64,000 nucleotides of DNA from Microbotryum violaceum (GCA_001244265.2 CDLV01000009.1:1488001-1552000); one strand, 5' to 3'; shown: positions 11,900-25,393, numbered from the stretch's first letter. Program-made: numbers and translations. The notes: generated by a model from the sequence alone, not told the origin.

Positions 11900-13860
11900 T
11901 GACCCCCTTCGATGCTCCGGGATCTGCCCAGCTCATTTGCCCAGAGTCAGAGGCATCCAGGCTGCAAATCCCTCAACTTCATGGGTAATGGCGGTGCGAG
12001 ACATCCAAGGCGAGGTCCAAACGCCGAAATCGCAGTGTTTTACTCTTGCTGCCTGATCAAAGGAAAATTTGCACACATCAAGGCTGGTCGGTTCAAAGAT
12101 GGGAAGCTTTGGAGTTCGACTACTACCTTCGCGGGATATGATCAGTACTTACCTTCACGCTTGAAAGCCGGTTTTGATGGACTATCAGTGGGCCAAGGTG
12201 CCAGGACACCTCCGAGGGATTCTCACTTGACGACTATCTGAGCGAGTGGCATTGCCCCAGACAGATCCATCTCAAGATGGTGCCGATCTACAACCACCTA
12301 TATATTTCTTTTGCACTGCTCCTCGCGATTGCTTTAGCACAGCTTTGCCCGCGTGACCGTACCGGGGTGAGCGACTCGACCTTCGGCCTGAAGCGGTCGC
12401 AAATCTGGGGCGGTATCAGTGCTGGGGGGTGCGCTTGCGCTAACTCGCGCGCGGCAAATTGAGTTGGCGCAATTGAGTTGACTCTTTCGTAGAAGCGCGG
12501 CCAGGTAGCGGGGAACAAGTCGAAATTACATCGTCTGAGGCGCAAGACCTCGGCGTTATTCCCGCGGCACTCAACCACTGTGCCAGATATAGTCAACCCG
12601 CTGCTCTACACCCCATCCAAACATTCGGCATCGTACCTGTTGTTCAGTCGCGAACAGCGCAAATGTGCTTTTTAATCGAGCCCTATTACGTCGAGCGCGG
12701 GACTCTGCGTTTGGAGCCCGTCAAGTGGTCGCCACGGAACTTGCTGCAAAACAATCCGCCGGCGATACAGCATATGCAAAGCCGGCTGCCAACCGATCGC
12801 AAGCTTCGCCACGACTGGCTAGCGGAACGTCGGGTACTCGATTCGCTGTATTGTATGTCCATACACCCAGCGAACGAGCGCTATACAGATATCTCTCAAG
12901 CAATTACGACTGGGAGCTCCTCAAAATTTTCGGATGTTCGAGATTACCGAGCTTTGGAACAAGTATGCCAACGGACTAGACATTTTTTACAAAGTATGTC
13001 GCGTCTGTGTCACATTGAATGGTGATGTTGAGCTGAAGCGCAATTCTCACACAGATGCCAGAGCGCATCAATACATGGGCACCGAGATGGTCGTCGCAGG
13101 CAAATGCTCCAGCCACAATGAACATGGGTGGGAACGACGTCAGAGTGATTCAAGCTTTGCTTACCGACCCCTCCCGCGGTCGTGATGTTAGCATGCTAGC
13201 GGCTAAAAGCCATTACTCGGTCACAAGTTGAAAGGAGCGGCGAGCAGTCGAGGAGGTCTGTGCGGCGTACGCGCGAGTACAAGAGTGCCTGAATAGAATT
13301 TGATAGGCATGATCCCGCGCGTGGTAAACTGGGTCTTTTCCTCACGTTTGGCTCTGCATCGGATCAGGTGTGTACTTCGCGTATCCATGTCTCAATGTGT
13401 CTAATGATTAAGTCTGACGTTTGGCTCTGCATCGGATCAGTCAATTGTTCAACTTCGCAAACCACCTGTCTTGGGGAGGCTTACGGAGGTAGAAGTCGAT
13501 TCCTCGGATCCTCCAACGTCATCCATCCGCCCGTTTGTTGCAACTGCCTCGAGCGACGCTGGTTCGAGCGCGGACTTGGGCACGAGCAGCGCCTTGACGC
13601 GCGCGGGTACCACAAAAGGGGCAAGGCACTGTCGATTATGTGGGCAAACTACTTGTCGACGCAAGGGGTCAAAACTTAGCGATGACGGATCGGTGACTGG
13701 GTGTGACAGGGCGTGCTTGGACTGCGGGAAGCCTTTCGGGCTGACAGACGAGATGGATCCGAACGACCCACAATCACGAAGGTTCTGTAGAGGACTGACA
13801 AGGGCTGAGATGAATGGCCGAGCTCGGCATCAAAAGAAGTGTCACAACTTTGTAGCTGTA
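11900..13860 (+). pseudogene. Frameshifted relic of a fungal DUF6729-associated, DDE-transposase-like protein (C-terminal half)
   Basis: Collinear motifs across frames: FAGYDQYL..., VNPLLYTP/QTFGIVPV, WLAER/GTRFAVLYVHTPSERALY, ELWNKYANGLDIFYK, and Cys-rich end RHCRLCGQTTC...CDRACLDCGK...FCRG. Multiple stops, frameshifts and nested insertions. The family match is from recalled motif order. Confidence 0.55.
13226..13454. mobile_element. Miniature non-autonomous TIR element, copy A (termini AGTTGAA...TTCAACT)
   Basis: 13226-13371 is nearly identical to the reverse complement of about 37389-37547. Flanked by TCACA (13221-13225) and TCGCA (13455-13459). Internal 23-bp duplication CGTTTGGCTCTGCATCGGATCAG. 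Confidence 0.8.
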
Positions 13861-13912
13861 TATCACCTGCGTAATATGAAGTATGTTGTCAGAATGACTT
13901 GTTCCGTACCAC

Positions 13913-14071
13913 TTCCTCTCTGTTCCTTTCTCACCTCCCCCTCCCTCTTCTTCTTTCTCTTCCCCTCCCTCTTCTCCTTTCCCCCCTTTTTTCTCTTTCC
14001 CTCTCCTCTTCTTTTTTTTTTTTTTTTTTCTTTTCTTTTCTTTTCCTTTCCTCTCCTCCCCCCTACCCCCC
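13913..14071 (+). repeat. Polypyrimidine low-complexity tract including a long poly-T run
   Basis: About 160 bp almost entirely C/T. Confidence 0.9.
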
Positions 14072-14074
14072 CGA

Positions 14075-14160
14075 CATGGGTACGGGCCCGCAAATCTGGG
14101 CGCGGGTCTGAACTCCGGGGTCGCCTCTGGGATCCGGGATCCGGGGGTGGCCCCACTCTA
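14075..14160. mobile_element. Possible solo DNA-transposon end (hAT-like terminus TAGAGTGGGGCC on minus strand with GGATCCG subterminal repeats)
   Basis: The plus strand reads ...GGGATCCGGGATCCGGGGGTGGCCCCACTCTA. No convincing partner TIR was found. Confidence 0.3.
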
Positions 14161-14358
14161 GGGCGACCACTAACTTGAGGCGGAAAGGCGCTGTAAAATG
14201 CGTTTTTTGGTCCTGGCTTCGAGGACGTCGGCGCCTCGTGACGTTCAAACTCCCACTGGGCATCGACATCCCCTCTTTTGTCTCGTCTACCTATCACTTC
14301 ACCAAAAACCACTTATCACCTGCAACACTTCTTTAACTACCAACCTTAAGTACCAACC

Positions 14359-16338
14359 ATGCAATCCTCCCAGAAAACCCCCTTCTCCGACTCGTCGGAC
14401 TCGCACTCGTTCAACGATGAGGCCAACCACGGCACCAACAGTGGAGGCAATCCCGCCCCAGCACAAGCGCAGGCCCCACCGTAAGTCGAGTACATCTGGA
14501 AGACGGTTCACAGTACTGGGAAACACTCAAAGTCTATGCCAAGGACGTGTACGAACTGCGCGACACGATAACAAGCCTATCGCCTGAGGAGCTTGCGCCG
14601 ATGACGAAGGCTACGCTGCCCTGCCCGATGGTGGGTGGCCCCCGGTGATGGATGGCCCAGGAACATCCACAGCCTGAAGCCGCCGTCTGGAGCCCCACTG
14701 CTGCCTCGCACCCACTGCAGTCGGCGTCTCTCCACGATGGTCAACTCGAACTGACCTCTCTCTGCTGCACCGTATGGAAACAGACGAATCATCACTGTCC
14801 AGCCCCTTTTGAGGAGTGACATGCAGACTTCGTACGCTCAGGTGAGTGAGACCAACGGGCCCCCCGAGAGTGAAGGCTTGGCGTCCCTCGGCGCGCGCCA
14901 TGTGGGGGCCGTAGAGGGAGCCATCGAGTCACGCTTGCTGACGTCGCTGCTGTTCGCAACCACAGGACATGGGTACCGGATCTCTCGACCATGATTGCTA
15001 TGGATCGGTCCTCAACTTTTGCGGTGTCATCGTCGGCAACTGCGGCACGATCCCCTGCTGCCCGGCCCCCAACATTTACAAGGTCCGTTCGCTCCCCTTA
15101 TGCCAGTGTGTGGCGTGCATCTTTGCTGAATTGCCCGCCTGCTCTTTGTATCTTACAGCAAGTTGGCCAGGGATCGGTCGGTCTCATCACTCGTTTCGGA
15201 CAGTTCTACAAATCCGTCGACCCCGGATTGGTCAAGGTCAACCCTTTCACGGAGAGGCTTCGCATTGTCGATGGTGCGCGCTCCTGCTTGAGTCAATCGC
15301 GGGTGATTTGCTAATCCATAGCCTTTCCGGCAAACAGTCAAGATCCAAAGTATCCCGATCCCACGTCAAGTAAGAAAAAGCTATGATGAGAGTGTGGTAG
15401 CGTTTTACTTGCTTGCTTATTTGATATCATTCCGTTTCGACCCCTTGACAGAACGTCACGACTCGCGACAACGTCTCGGTCGACTTGGACTCGGTTATGT
15501 TCTACCACATCGTCTCCCCCTTCCGCGCCGTTTTCGGCATCGCCGACGTGCGCAACGCCCTAATGGAGCGTGCTCAGACAACGCTTCGACATGTGATCGG
15601 CTCTCGCACGCTGCAGTCGTTGTTGACGGATCGAGAAGCCGTCGCATCGGAGATTGAGAGCATCGCGAGTCACCAGACAAATTTTTGCTCTGCCAGGCGA
15701 ACGGGATGGACTCAACTAACCACATGAACTGCAATGGTTATTTCGTAGGTCGAGGGTGTTGCCGAAGCTTGGGGTGTCAAGGTCGAGTCGAGTGAGTAAT
15801 CGGCGCCAACTTGAATTGGGCCTCGCGCGCCATCGTTGCTGATGATCCTAATTTACAGTCTTAATCAAGGATATCCTTTTCTCCTCCGAACTCCAAGCAT
15901 CCTTGTCCTCGGCCGCCCAAGCCAAGCGCGTTGGTGAAGCCAAGATCATCGCTGCTCGTGCCGAAGTTGACTCGGCCAAGTTGATGAGGGAAGCCGCCGA
16001 CATTTTGAGCTCACCTGCTGCCATTCAGATTCGCCAACTCGTGAGTGACTCGGTCGTTCGCCATTCTTAAAGGGCGTATGTTGATGCATGATGTCTCCAA
16101 TTATTTTGACACTTAACAGGAGGCTTTGCAACAAATGGCCCGATCGTCGCAGGCCAAGGTGAGCTTTTCATCCCTGTCCTCAGTCGCAGGCATGAGCTGA
16201 TCTCGATGGCGCCGTCCCCTCCAGACCATCTTTGTCCCCATGAACCTCTTCGGCAACGGAGCAGCGGATACGGCAAGCGTCGCGGGACCATCGGGCTTGA
16301 ACAACACGGCCATGCTTAACCACCTCGCCGACAGTTGA
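14359..16338 (+). CDS. Stomatin/SPFH (Band 7) family membrane protein, many exons
   Basis: VGQGSVGLITRFGQFYKSVDPGLVKVNPFTE, VTTRDNVSV, ALMERAQTTLRHVIGSRTLQSLLTDRE, WGVKVES, LSSAAQAKRVGEAKIIAARAEVDSAKLMREAADILSSPAAIQIR. Confidence 0.93.
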
Positions 16339-16847
16339 TGGGTTCCTACGGCCTTTTAGCCTACTGCATCAAATCGCGATACTCTCTTCGAAACAAATCA
16401 CCTTACCTATCTCGTAATTTAGCCGTGCTCCAATAATCAATGTATCAAACTCGATGCTTGTCTTTATCCAGTATAGCGTCCCAACGTTTATGAGTGTTTA
16501 GGTGTGTTTCAGTGCGGATCTATAATGGTATGACCGCATGTTGTGCGACTATCATGTTGCGGTAAACTATCGAATGAGAAGTGGGTGTTAGCCCCTGTTG
16601 GGAGATATGAAAGCCGTGTGGTTAAGTTGAACTAGTGAAGGCTGCAGGGTCGCAGTTCGGAAAGGCGGGTGGTGGGCTCAATTTCCGTCAGTTCAACCCG
16701 GGCACGAGCCGTCAACTCGCTAATGTCTCTCCTCGGTGCCCTTCGCAACCCCCACTCTTCGTTGCGGACTCGGCATGGAACAGACTTGAGGCCTTCTCCT
16801 TGCCCCAATTAGCCTGATCCGGGATCGTCTCACCTACAGCGCCTACA

Positions 16848-18913
16848 ATGGTCAACAATATATCCCATCTGCGCCCATCGCTTCCACTTGTCGATGGTGC
16901 TACTGCTCGACACGCGTCCGATGCGCCAGGCCGCCCTTCGCCTTCGATCAACTTCGTCACCACGACCAGCAGGATCGACAGCATCCCCAGCAGGAGCAGC
17001 AGCCATGCCAGCAGCTCTCGAAGCGACAGCCTGTCTCAGGTAAGTTCGCTCTAGCGAACCAGCCTTACCACTCGTCACCACTTGCCCTCATGAGCCCGCT
17101 CTCTTCTTTGCACCATCAGCTCGATCATGGCGAGGGAGCCGCGACTAACCACCCCACTTCAGCGGTCCGCACACGCACGCACCGAACTGGCTCGGCACCG
17201 CCGAATCGCATGCGCAAGTCGGCTCTCGCTCGCATCATGAACATGGAAGGTCTCGAGAGTCAGATTCATGTCGATCCCATGCGGAGTGACTCGCTGCGAC
17301 ACTACGATAGCGCCACTTCTGGTGCCAGCGGCTCCTGGCAGGGTGGTGACTCCGAATTGACCGACGGGCGGCGCACGTGTTCTACACTCATCGACACGGT
17401 ACACCCTCAACCATTTCCCGATGCATCTCGATCTCCGCACAGCAAGTTCAAGGCGCTTCTTGGCCGAGGCGCTCACCTATCGCTTGAACCCAGACAACAA
17501 CACGATCCACCGTCACGTTCACCGAGAGGGGACGACGCGCCTCGAAGACCAGAAATGTCGAGAACAGTCTCCGAACCCGGTCTAAAGGGACGACATGGTC
17601 GAGCCAAGTCGGTCTCGGCTCTGTTCGGCTTAGCCTCGTCACAAGAGGATGAGATTCCGCCCCTTCCAAAGGGGTCCCACCGACCGGATGCGCAGAGCGA
17701 AAGCGTGCCCGAACTTTCCACCCCTGTCAAGACCCCGGCGGCCAGGCCGCCGTCGTCTTGGATCCGGCAGCGCTTGCGACCCTCAAGCTCGAGTCTATCT
17801 CTTGGCACCAGCCGGAAGTCACCGAGCTTGTCAAATTCCGTAAATCCTAATCGAACCGTAGGATTGCCCTCAACGCCCTCTTCGACCTCGGTTCACACCA
17901 TTCAATCGTCCGCTCAATCTCAGTCGTCGACCGCGCAGTCGTGGCAGTCGAAATCCGATTTCGGCTTCATCAAGGCCCTTGGATCCTTCGTCGCGGGTCG
18001 ACTTCAAACCAAAGTCGACGATCCTATTTCTGACGAAGAACTTCTGCGTTGGCGCAAACCGACCCTTGAGCGGGATCGAGCCCCTGGTGAGCTCGGGGTG
18101 AACGAGAGGTTCTTGACGAATTCCGAGTTGGGCTCGTCTGGGCGAGAGTACCGGGAAAGCTCTCGGGCAAGCTCTTTGAGCAATTTACAGAGTCGGGAGA
18201 CGACCGAAGAGGAGATCTTGGTAATAGGAAAGTCTGGTCGCTCCGGTGTTAAGTCGACGAGCATGGTAAGTCGCACAACACGCCAAGAGCTTTCTGCGAT
18301 GCCAAGCTCAGTTATGGGTGTATGCCATTTTCAGGAATCGGAAACAAGAACATGTTGGGCCGATTCCGCGGTACCGCTCAAATCGAGCCATTCGAACAAT
18401 CATATGCAACATTCAACTTGCCGATCGCGTTTCGGAGGTGAACAGATGGGCATGCGGTCCGGCTCAAAAACCTCTTACCCAGCCACCTCATCCCCGTATC
18501 TAATCGAGAACCGACCGCTGCGTAGCCCCCGTTCGTCTCCCTGTTTACCTCGCTCCAAATCCACCGGGATGGAAGCAGCTTCGCAACTCGCCGCATCTCT
18601 CTCACTGCATACGCCCTCGAAGTCGAGACCGCCCCCGCTGCCACTTGGCTTGGCACCTCGACCTGCCGCGGCACCGAGAAGGAAGCCGCCGACCGGTCGG
18701 ATGTCGACACCAACGGTTGGGGAAGCGCGGAGGATCATTTCGAATGAGGCTTGGGAACAAGTCAGCCTTTCGGCTCGGAAAACCCACTCGACACGATCGG
18801 TATCAGCGTCATCCGCTGCTTCTCCGCCATTGACGCCCTCGTCTTCGTCGAGGACGACGGCGAACGAGATCTCGGTGGTAGGGGTGCAACATGCATCTTC
18901 CGTCACCACATGA
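16848..18913 (+). CDS. Hypothetical Ser/Pro/Arg-rich disordered protein
   Basis: Long ORF 17090-18913 (607 aa) plus an upstream exon ending in a CAG|GTAAGT donor near 17040. No domain recognised. Confidence 0.6.
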
Positions 18914-19129
18914 CTTTTGGAAAGTCTGACGCTATAATAGAGTTAATCTATCTCCTTTTTAGCACCCTCACTATAATAGAAAGTCACGGGTTCTCACAAT
19001 TCTCGAATGGGTAGCCTACAGCGTGGTGAGCGAAAACGACCGAAGTTTGTTACAACAGACAAAAGAACTGCAAATAAGGAGCCGAACGAAAATATGCAAG
19101 CGTGGTACATCACTAGAGAGTGCGATGGT

Positions 19130-20523
19130 TCAGTTGGCCTCGACAGCGACGGGTTCGGAGGCGTTGGCGGCATGGATGAGCATCCTCAATGAGCCGGCGG
19201 CAATCTGCTCGTCCGCTGGGGTGAAAACGGCCGATTGACGGAGAGGGGGTGAGGGCGATTTGATCTCGCGCGCGATCGTCGCCGTGGTTCGAACGGGGGA
19301 CATCGGGATCGTCTTGGGGGACACGGGGGCGGTGAGCACACTCGGGAGCACGGTGACGGCGGAGGGCTTGAGGGGCCGTGGAGCAAGAGCGCGTGGTCGG
19401 TTGGCCTTGGACGCCGAGAGGTTGCGCTCGCACTTAGCTCGAAGGGCTTGCATCACTTCCTCGTGGGAGATCTTCTTGGCCGGGGCCGAAACGGCGGACG
19501 CCTTGACAACAGGGGCATTGCGCCTGGTTTTCTTCGAGGCGGGGCCGGTCAAAGCGACATCGTCCTCTTCGACAGAGCTGATGGAAGTGGTGCTCGACGA
19601 CGAAGTCCTCGAGCGCGAGGACGAGCTCGAGGCGGTGCTGGCGGCTCGGGCGCGCTTACAGATCGGCTCGGAAGAGGGGCCGGCCTGGGCGGATACCGAG
19701 CCTTCTCGACAGGAACCGGCGGAGGCGCAGACAGTGGCCGGATATAGCGAGTAAGGGGGAACGGGCGACAACCGACGCGAAGAAAGTTGTTGCCACGACG
19801 CCGGGGCCTCGACGCCGGAAAGGGGTGGTGTGACAGGGGTGAATGTTGATGCGGGGCTCTTCTTGCCTTGAGTCGCAGCGGCGGCGGCCGCCGCAAACGC
19901 TGATTGTTGCTGCATTTGCGCCTGCATCCACCAGGCCTGGTGCATCGCCAGAGTGTGGGCCGCGCGAAGTTGTTCAACACGCAAAAGATCGAGAGCAGCT
20001 AGACGCTGTAATCGCTTGTAAGATGTGACGCGGATTTCGGGAAAAGGTGGCAAAAATAAAAGGGGAAAACGAGGGTCAGTTTTGGGAAGCTAATGGGCTA
20101 TTGATAGCAATGGGCGGCGTCACATCACTGCGCGGAGAGCTTTGCCAAGCCCAAGAGCGCGCCAAACGAAAATAGCTTGGCCGCGCCTGGCGCCTGGCCC
20201 GCACGCAGCAACTCGGGCCCTCCCGAGTCTCCGATGCGAGGCACGGGGAGGGCTGGGTGACAAAGACGATAGGAGAGGGACGGGAGACTTACCTCGTCTT
20301 CCTTGGCTTTGGCGTGCAAGAGAGCTTTGAGGAGATCGACGTCGTTATTGCCCGGCAAGACGTACGAACGAAGGATGGCGTCAATGGAAGGCGAGCCCGC
20401 CGCGGCGGGAGGCGCTTGGTCACCGTTGCGCTGGGCCGCAGGCGCGGACACGGGCTTGGACGCGGTCTCGGGCGACTGGGACCGCGGCGAGAGGGCAGGT
20501 GACGCTGGACACTGGGTCGTCAT
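19130..20523 (-). CDS. Hypothetical low-complexity protein, 2 exons
   Basis: Exon 1 MTTQCPASPALSP...DLLKALLHAKAKEDE|GTAAGT. Exon 2 RLAALDLLRVEQLRAAH...LRMLIHAANASEPVAVEAN. Biased codon usage. Confidence 0.7.
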
Positions 20524-21977
20524 AGTCGTCGGATATTGTTCGATGGAGTGGTGGTCGCGTTCGTAAGGCAGTGACTCACTGAAGAGGAAGAGGCCGTTGG
20601 TGATGCGTTCGGAGAGAGCGCAAGATGGGGGAGAGGGGAATGCCCAAGACAAGGCGAGCGAGGTCGAGTTCGATCGACCAAGCTGGCTGGCGTCCGCGTC
20701 AAAAGCGAACTCCAAAGAAAGTCTTGGCGAACCCTGGGTCAATTTTTGGCACTCGTCGGCTTTGGCGCCAATCATGCATCTGCATGCGCTAATCCGAAAC
20801 AGCACCCACTGCCACAGGACTACCACAGCCACTCTCCGGCGTATATTAGGAAAAAGGACACGCGGACACTCTTTGGGTACATGACTTACAACTTTCTTCG
20901 TCTGTGTTCTTCGTGGCGGCGCGAAAACCTCAGTGCAAACGACGAAAAGGATTCCTCCTTGGATCGCTTCGAGTCGCTTCGCCGAGAGATCGCCTTAGCG
21001 CTTTTTTGGGCTTGGCTCTCGAGCGGCCAATCAGCACACAGCCGCCTACCCTGAATATTTGGTCAATACGCAAAATCCAGTGTAGAGTAGGGCACGTGGG
21101 TTCCTATAGTCATGATGTTCTCCCTTTCAGACGGAGATTCTGATCTATCGTGGCGCCAGTGGATGATGGCGCGGAGGCAGCATGCGTCAGCCAATCGTGA
21201 GCTCGATCCGTTGAAGTTTCTTTCATGCTACAAGCTGCCCACCTAGGTAAGTCTTCCCAACTGTAGACGAAGTTAACTTGGAGCTCTACCGAACAAGGCA
21301 ATCCGTGCGATGCAAGCAGACTCCCCGATCCTCCAAGGGAGCACAGGCGCAAGCATCGCTCGGCGGCCACTGATCTCTGGGCAGGGTTTCCAAGTTCTTG
21401 GACCCAAAAAGGGGTCCCGGCGCCTGCGGCGACTTGCCTATTTTTAGCCACGCCACGTCGGGTCAAGCGCTACCAGTCGCCTCTGGCATGATCCGAGCCA
21501 GAGATTGATCATCATGCCTGCCATGAATACTTCGTCGCCTGCTTGGCTGCCCGCAAGACTTGCCTGCTCCAATTCTGCAGCTCTTACAACCGAGTGAAGG
21601 ATCTTGTGCGGCTCCACGCCTTCTACCCGCGCGTGATCGCGACACCTCGAATCGGTGCAAACCCCCGGGTCAGCCTTGGCGAAACCCGATCGAGGCTGAG
21701 AATAGTCCTACGGACTCATCAAAGGTACTCAAGTAATTAACAGGCATTTTATTCTGCAAACTCAAGATACAAACAAAAATCTAAGATGAACTTGGTTGCG
21801 CGCGTTGAAAGCGGCTCGAATTATCCTAGTAGGCTACTTGAAAAACGTTCGACCCGGCCGAAGAAGCCGAAGAAGTGGGATGGCGGTGACGCTCTGAAGC
21901 TCTGACCCCCGCCCTCACCGCATTCGCCTCCCGGAGGTTCGTACTCGCTTTTGGAACGGTTTGCTGCGGTGCAAGCG

Positions 21978-24747
21978 ATGGCGGAAATTGTCTCGATGTC
22001 AGACACCAAGACTATGTCACCCCAGGATGATGCACAGTTTGCACTGGGCCATTCCTCGTCGATCGATGGCGCGTCCGCCGGCAGCCACGTTGCTTCGGCG
22101 CAGGACGAGGAGGAACGGCGGGCGATCGCAGCGGAATGTCAGGCCAAGCTCGATCCGCGAAAAGTTGGAGCATTCACCTCACGACCTTTGCTCAAGAGTG
22201 GGTGGATCGCGCTGACTGGGAAGCGGGATGGCAAGCGGCAGAAAGCCGTCGGTAAGCTCACGTACCGGTCGTACCGCGAGCGGCGGGACGAAATCGGCGA
22301 CGACTTCTTCCAAGATGAGGCGACGTTCGCCAGCGAGAATCAACTGGTAAAGATAGAGGTTGTACCCAAGAAGGACGGTGGTCACAAGCGCGCACTGCAC
22401 AGTATCCGTCGGTGGAAAAACAAAAAGGGCGAAATCGTGTCGACTCCGAGCTCGTCGGCGCAGGGTCCTGGTGCGGATCAAGATCTCCTCAATGACTCTG
22501 ACTTGGACACGTACACTCCCAATCCCAACTCTTCCCATCCCGAGACTCCGGCCGACTCCGGCGACCCTTCGCGGTTCCCATCATCTTACGCTGCTTCGTG
22601 GATCAGCAGTCCCGTCGACTCGCCGGACCTTTCTCGGACGAGCACGAACGCCACCGATCAACCTACCCGACTGTCTCTACTATCTCAAATCCCGACCCGT
22701 GCATCAATAGCCGAGTCAAGTCTCAGTCTCTCTCGTCAGCAGTCCCAAATCTTGACTGTCGATCAGCCCATGGACACCCCGAGACGTAGGATTACGTTCC
22801 AGTCGGCGGTCACCAACACTCGCGCTAAGAGCAAACGAGCATTTGACGAGATACTGAGGACGCGGCAAAGGCAATACGCTACAGGACAATCGGCGCAGGT
22901 TGAGCAATCCGATTCTGCCTTCGCCAAAGCACTGGCCGCCATCGCTGGTGGTGAGCGGGAAGAAGAGAAGATCGAGGTCATGGTCCTGTACGAGAACCAA
23001 AGAGGGTGCGCACGGTTCAATGCGAACGGCAAAAGTCTGATCTGATACTCAACAGAATATCCACGCTAACGTTACTGTTGGCTTTGCCTTTAGGCTTGTC
23101 GTCTTTGGACTACCGAGATTTTCGTCGGGGGCTTTGTTTCAGCTGGATCCATCATCGTTTCAGAACAGCCGGCTGAGGTAAGAATGTCTCCAAGACGCTT
23201 GCCATTCCTCGATGATGAATCGTAATTGACTTCCCGCCCGACATTTGCTCTTTCAGAAACTCGCCTTACACCCGACACGAGTTTGGCTTGCCAACGCCAC
23301 AGTGGAACTGGCTCGACCCCGACTGGATGGTCGACATGGGTGGCGATGTCGATGAGCACGGTTGGTCGTACGCGACACATTTCGGCAGTCACCACTGGCG
23401 TGGTGTGGCCAATACCGGCCGCTCCTTCGTTCGGCGCCGCAGATGGGTTCGTGCGAGCATCTTCATCCCCGAGTCGCAGCAGGACTCGCGCGAAGAGGAC
23501 GAGTTCAAGCTTCTCGTTGATTGGACGGCCATGCAAAAGTACGCGCAAGAATACTCCGACTCACTCAAGCATCGTGACCAGAACAAGGAGTGCAAAGATT
23601 GTGGACAACCGCGGACCGTCAGCCCTTCCAAGGGATGTTCACACGACTCGCCTGGAACCGAACCTACCCCGCCTCGCGCCGTGGTCGGACTCCGCGATGC
23701 CATCTCTTTGCTTCCGGTCTCGAACGCGTTCAAAGATGAGCTGTACGCCTGGCAGCCCGATACCCACGCCGTTGATCCTTTCCTCGCTTGGTCGACCATC
23801 TGTGCGCGTGGAGGGGATCGGGTCCTCGGAGAATACCGTCGCCATCAAAGAAAATGGGACTTGCCGAACGATGAAGATGCGCTCGTTGAGCGATGGCGAC
23901 AGGCCGTCGTCGAGATCAATTACCGTCGCGCAGCGAGCATGATGCGGGTCTGTGCACTCGATCGCTCCAAGCTCATCCTGTGGCGTCGTTGGCTTAATCT
24001 CGAAGCCGACGAGACCGCCGAGGACAGGCCGAAGCAAGATAACAATCCTGACGATGATGAAGACGAGGAATATGACTGCTCCTCAGGAGACGATGATTTA
24101 GCGAAGCGTCGGCGACCACTAGCTTCGCCGACCCGTCTACTCCGCCGAACGAGTTCGAAAAGAGACAAACGCAAGCTGGCCCCGAAGAATCCGAAGATGG
24201 ATGACATTTGGGACCTTGCCGAAAGCCGGGTGAGTACAGGGCGTGAGGCGTGATGTCCCGAAGCCGAACGCTGAACGCTCCTCCCTCCCGCGTGCAGCTC
24301 GGGGAGATCCTGCACCTGTTCGAATTCCAAGCCTCGCGCGTATCGCTTCTGCTCTTATTCATTTCGACTTATTCCGTCTCGCATCGATACGGTCTAGAGC
24401 CCCAAGAAACTCCGCCACCTCGGCGGCTAGCCGGCGACGTGTCTGTACCCGACATTCGATCGGCTGCTACACCTACCTCGGATCCCCGCCGCGAGCAGCT
24501 TTCCTTGATCATCCCGACCGTGACGGATCGCCTCGCCCCTCGGCTAGAATTTTACAACGATCTTGTCGCGACGATTCAGCGTCTCAAGGGACATATGGGC
24601 GACGCAGTCCAGGTCGCCGATAATACTTATGATGCTGAGAAGGTACAGAGTGGGCCGGCGTTGGTAGGGGTTCAGCAACATGGCCAGTCGCGTGAGGCTT
24701 CGATGGATGTCAAGTCCGCGACGAGGAGGGATGCTGCTGGTGCTTGA
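21978..24747 (+). CDS. Peroxin/dysferlin (DysF) domain protein, Spo73/Mug65-like
   Basis: VLYENQRG..FGLPRFS..., PTPQWNWLDPDWMVDMGGDVDEHGWSYA...WRG...SFVRRRRWVR. The start could instead be 21996. Confidence 0.8.
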
Positions 24748-25393
24748 TCGCTACGGGTGTCATATAAATGTGTTGCCTAGCTTTGCTTAGTGGGGCAGCT
24801 TAGAGCCTCGACTTAGCTGTTCTAAGACAGTGTAAACCTCTGTGGTGTCCTTATGTTGTTTAATGCGCATACTCTTCAATCGCAACGCGCAGCTCTGACC
24901 CGGATGTGACGTTCGTGAATGAAGACCAAGAAGCTATATTGCAAGAGGAAATATTGAGTTACGTTGAGCGAGGAATGCGTTAAAGGGTTGCAAAGGATGC
25001 AGTGCGCGGACAAATCACAGCGAATAAGGCTCGTGGAATGGCGTCAGGGAAAGGGAGAACTGGAGGCCGGGGACGAAACGGCAACGCTGGCGCCGCGTGT
25101 TAGCCAAGGGGAGAATTGTGGTCAATCGGATTCGGATACATTGCCGGCAACAGAATCAGAATCGGATCCTGATCCTAATCCGCCTGTGCCTACACCTATG
25201 GAATGTAGAAACAAAGTCTCAGCATACTCCATATGGGCCCTAGCGACGCGCTGAGCGCAAGACTAACGATGTGCCAAAGGATGCTGCCCTTTCTTCGGCA
25301 GCGTACTCGGCGTTTTGCTCGGAGCTGAACCGTTCTCCAGAAATGCTAAGATTTTCGTGGTGTTGATGTTGCCAGGCTTGAAATTTTGGTATT

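Noticed and set aside
10419-14160. TAGAGTG at 10419 as left TIR pairing with CACTCTA at 14160
   Set aside because: Only about 10 of 15 bp match and the flanks show no target duplication.
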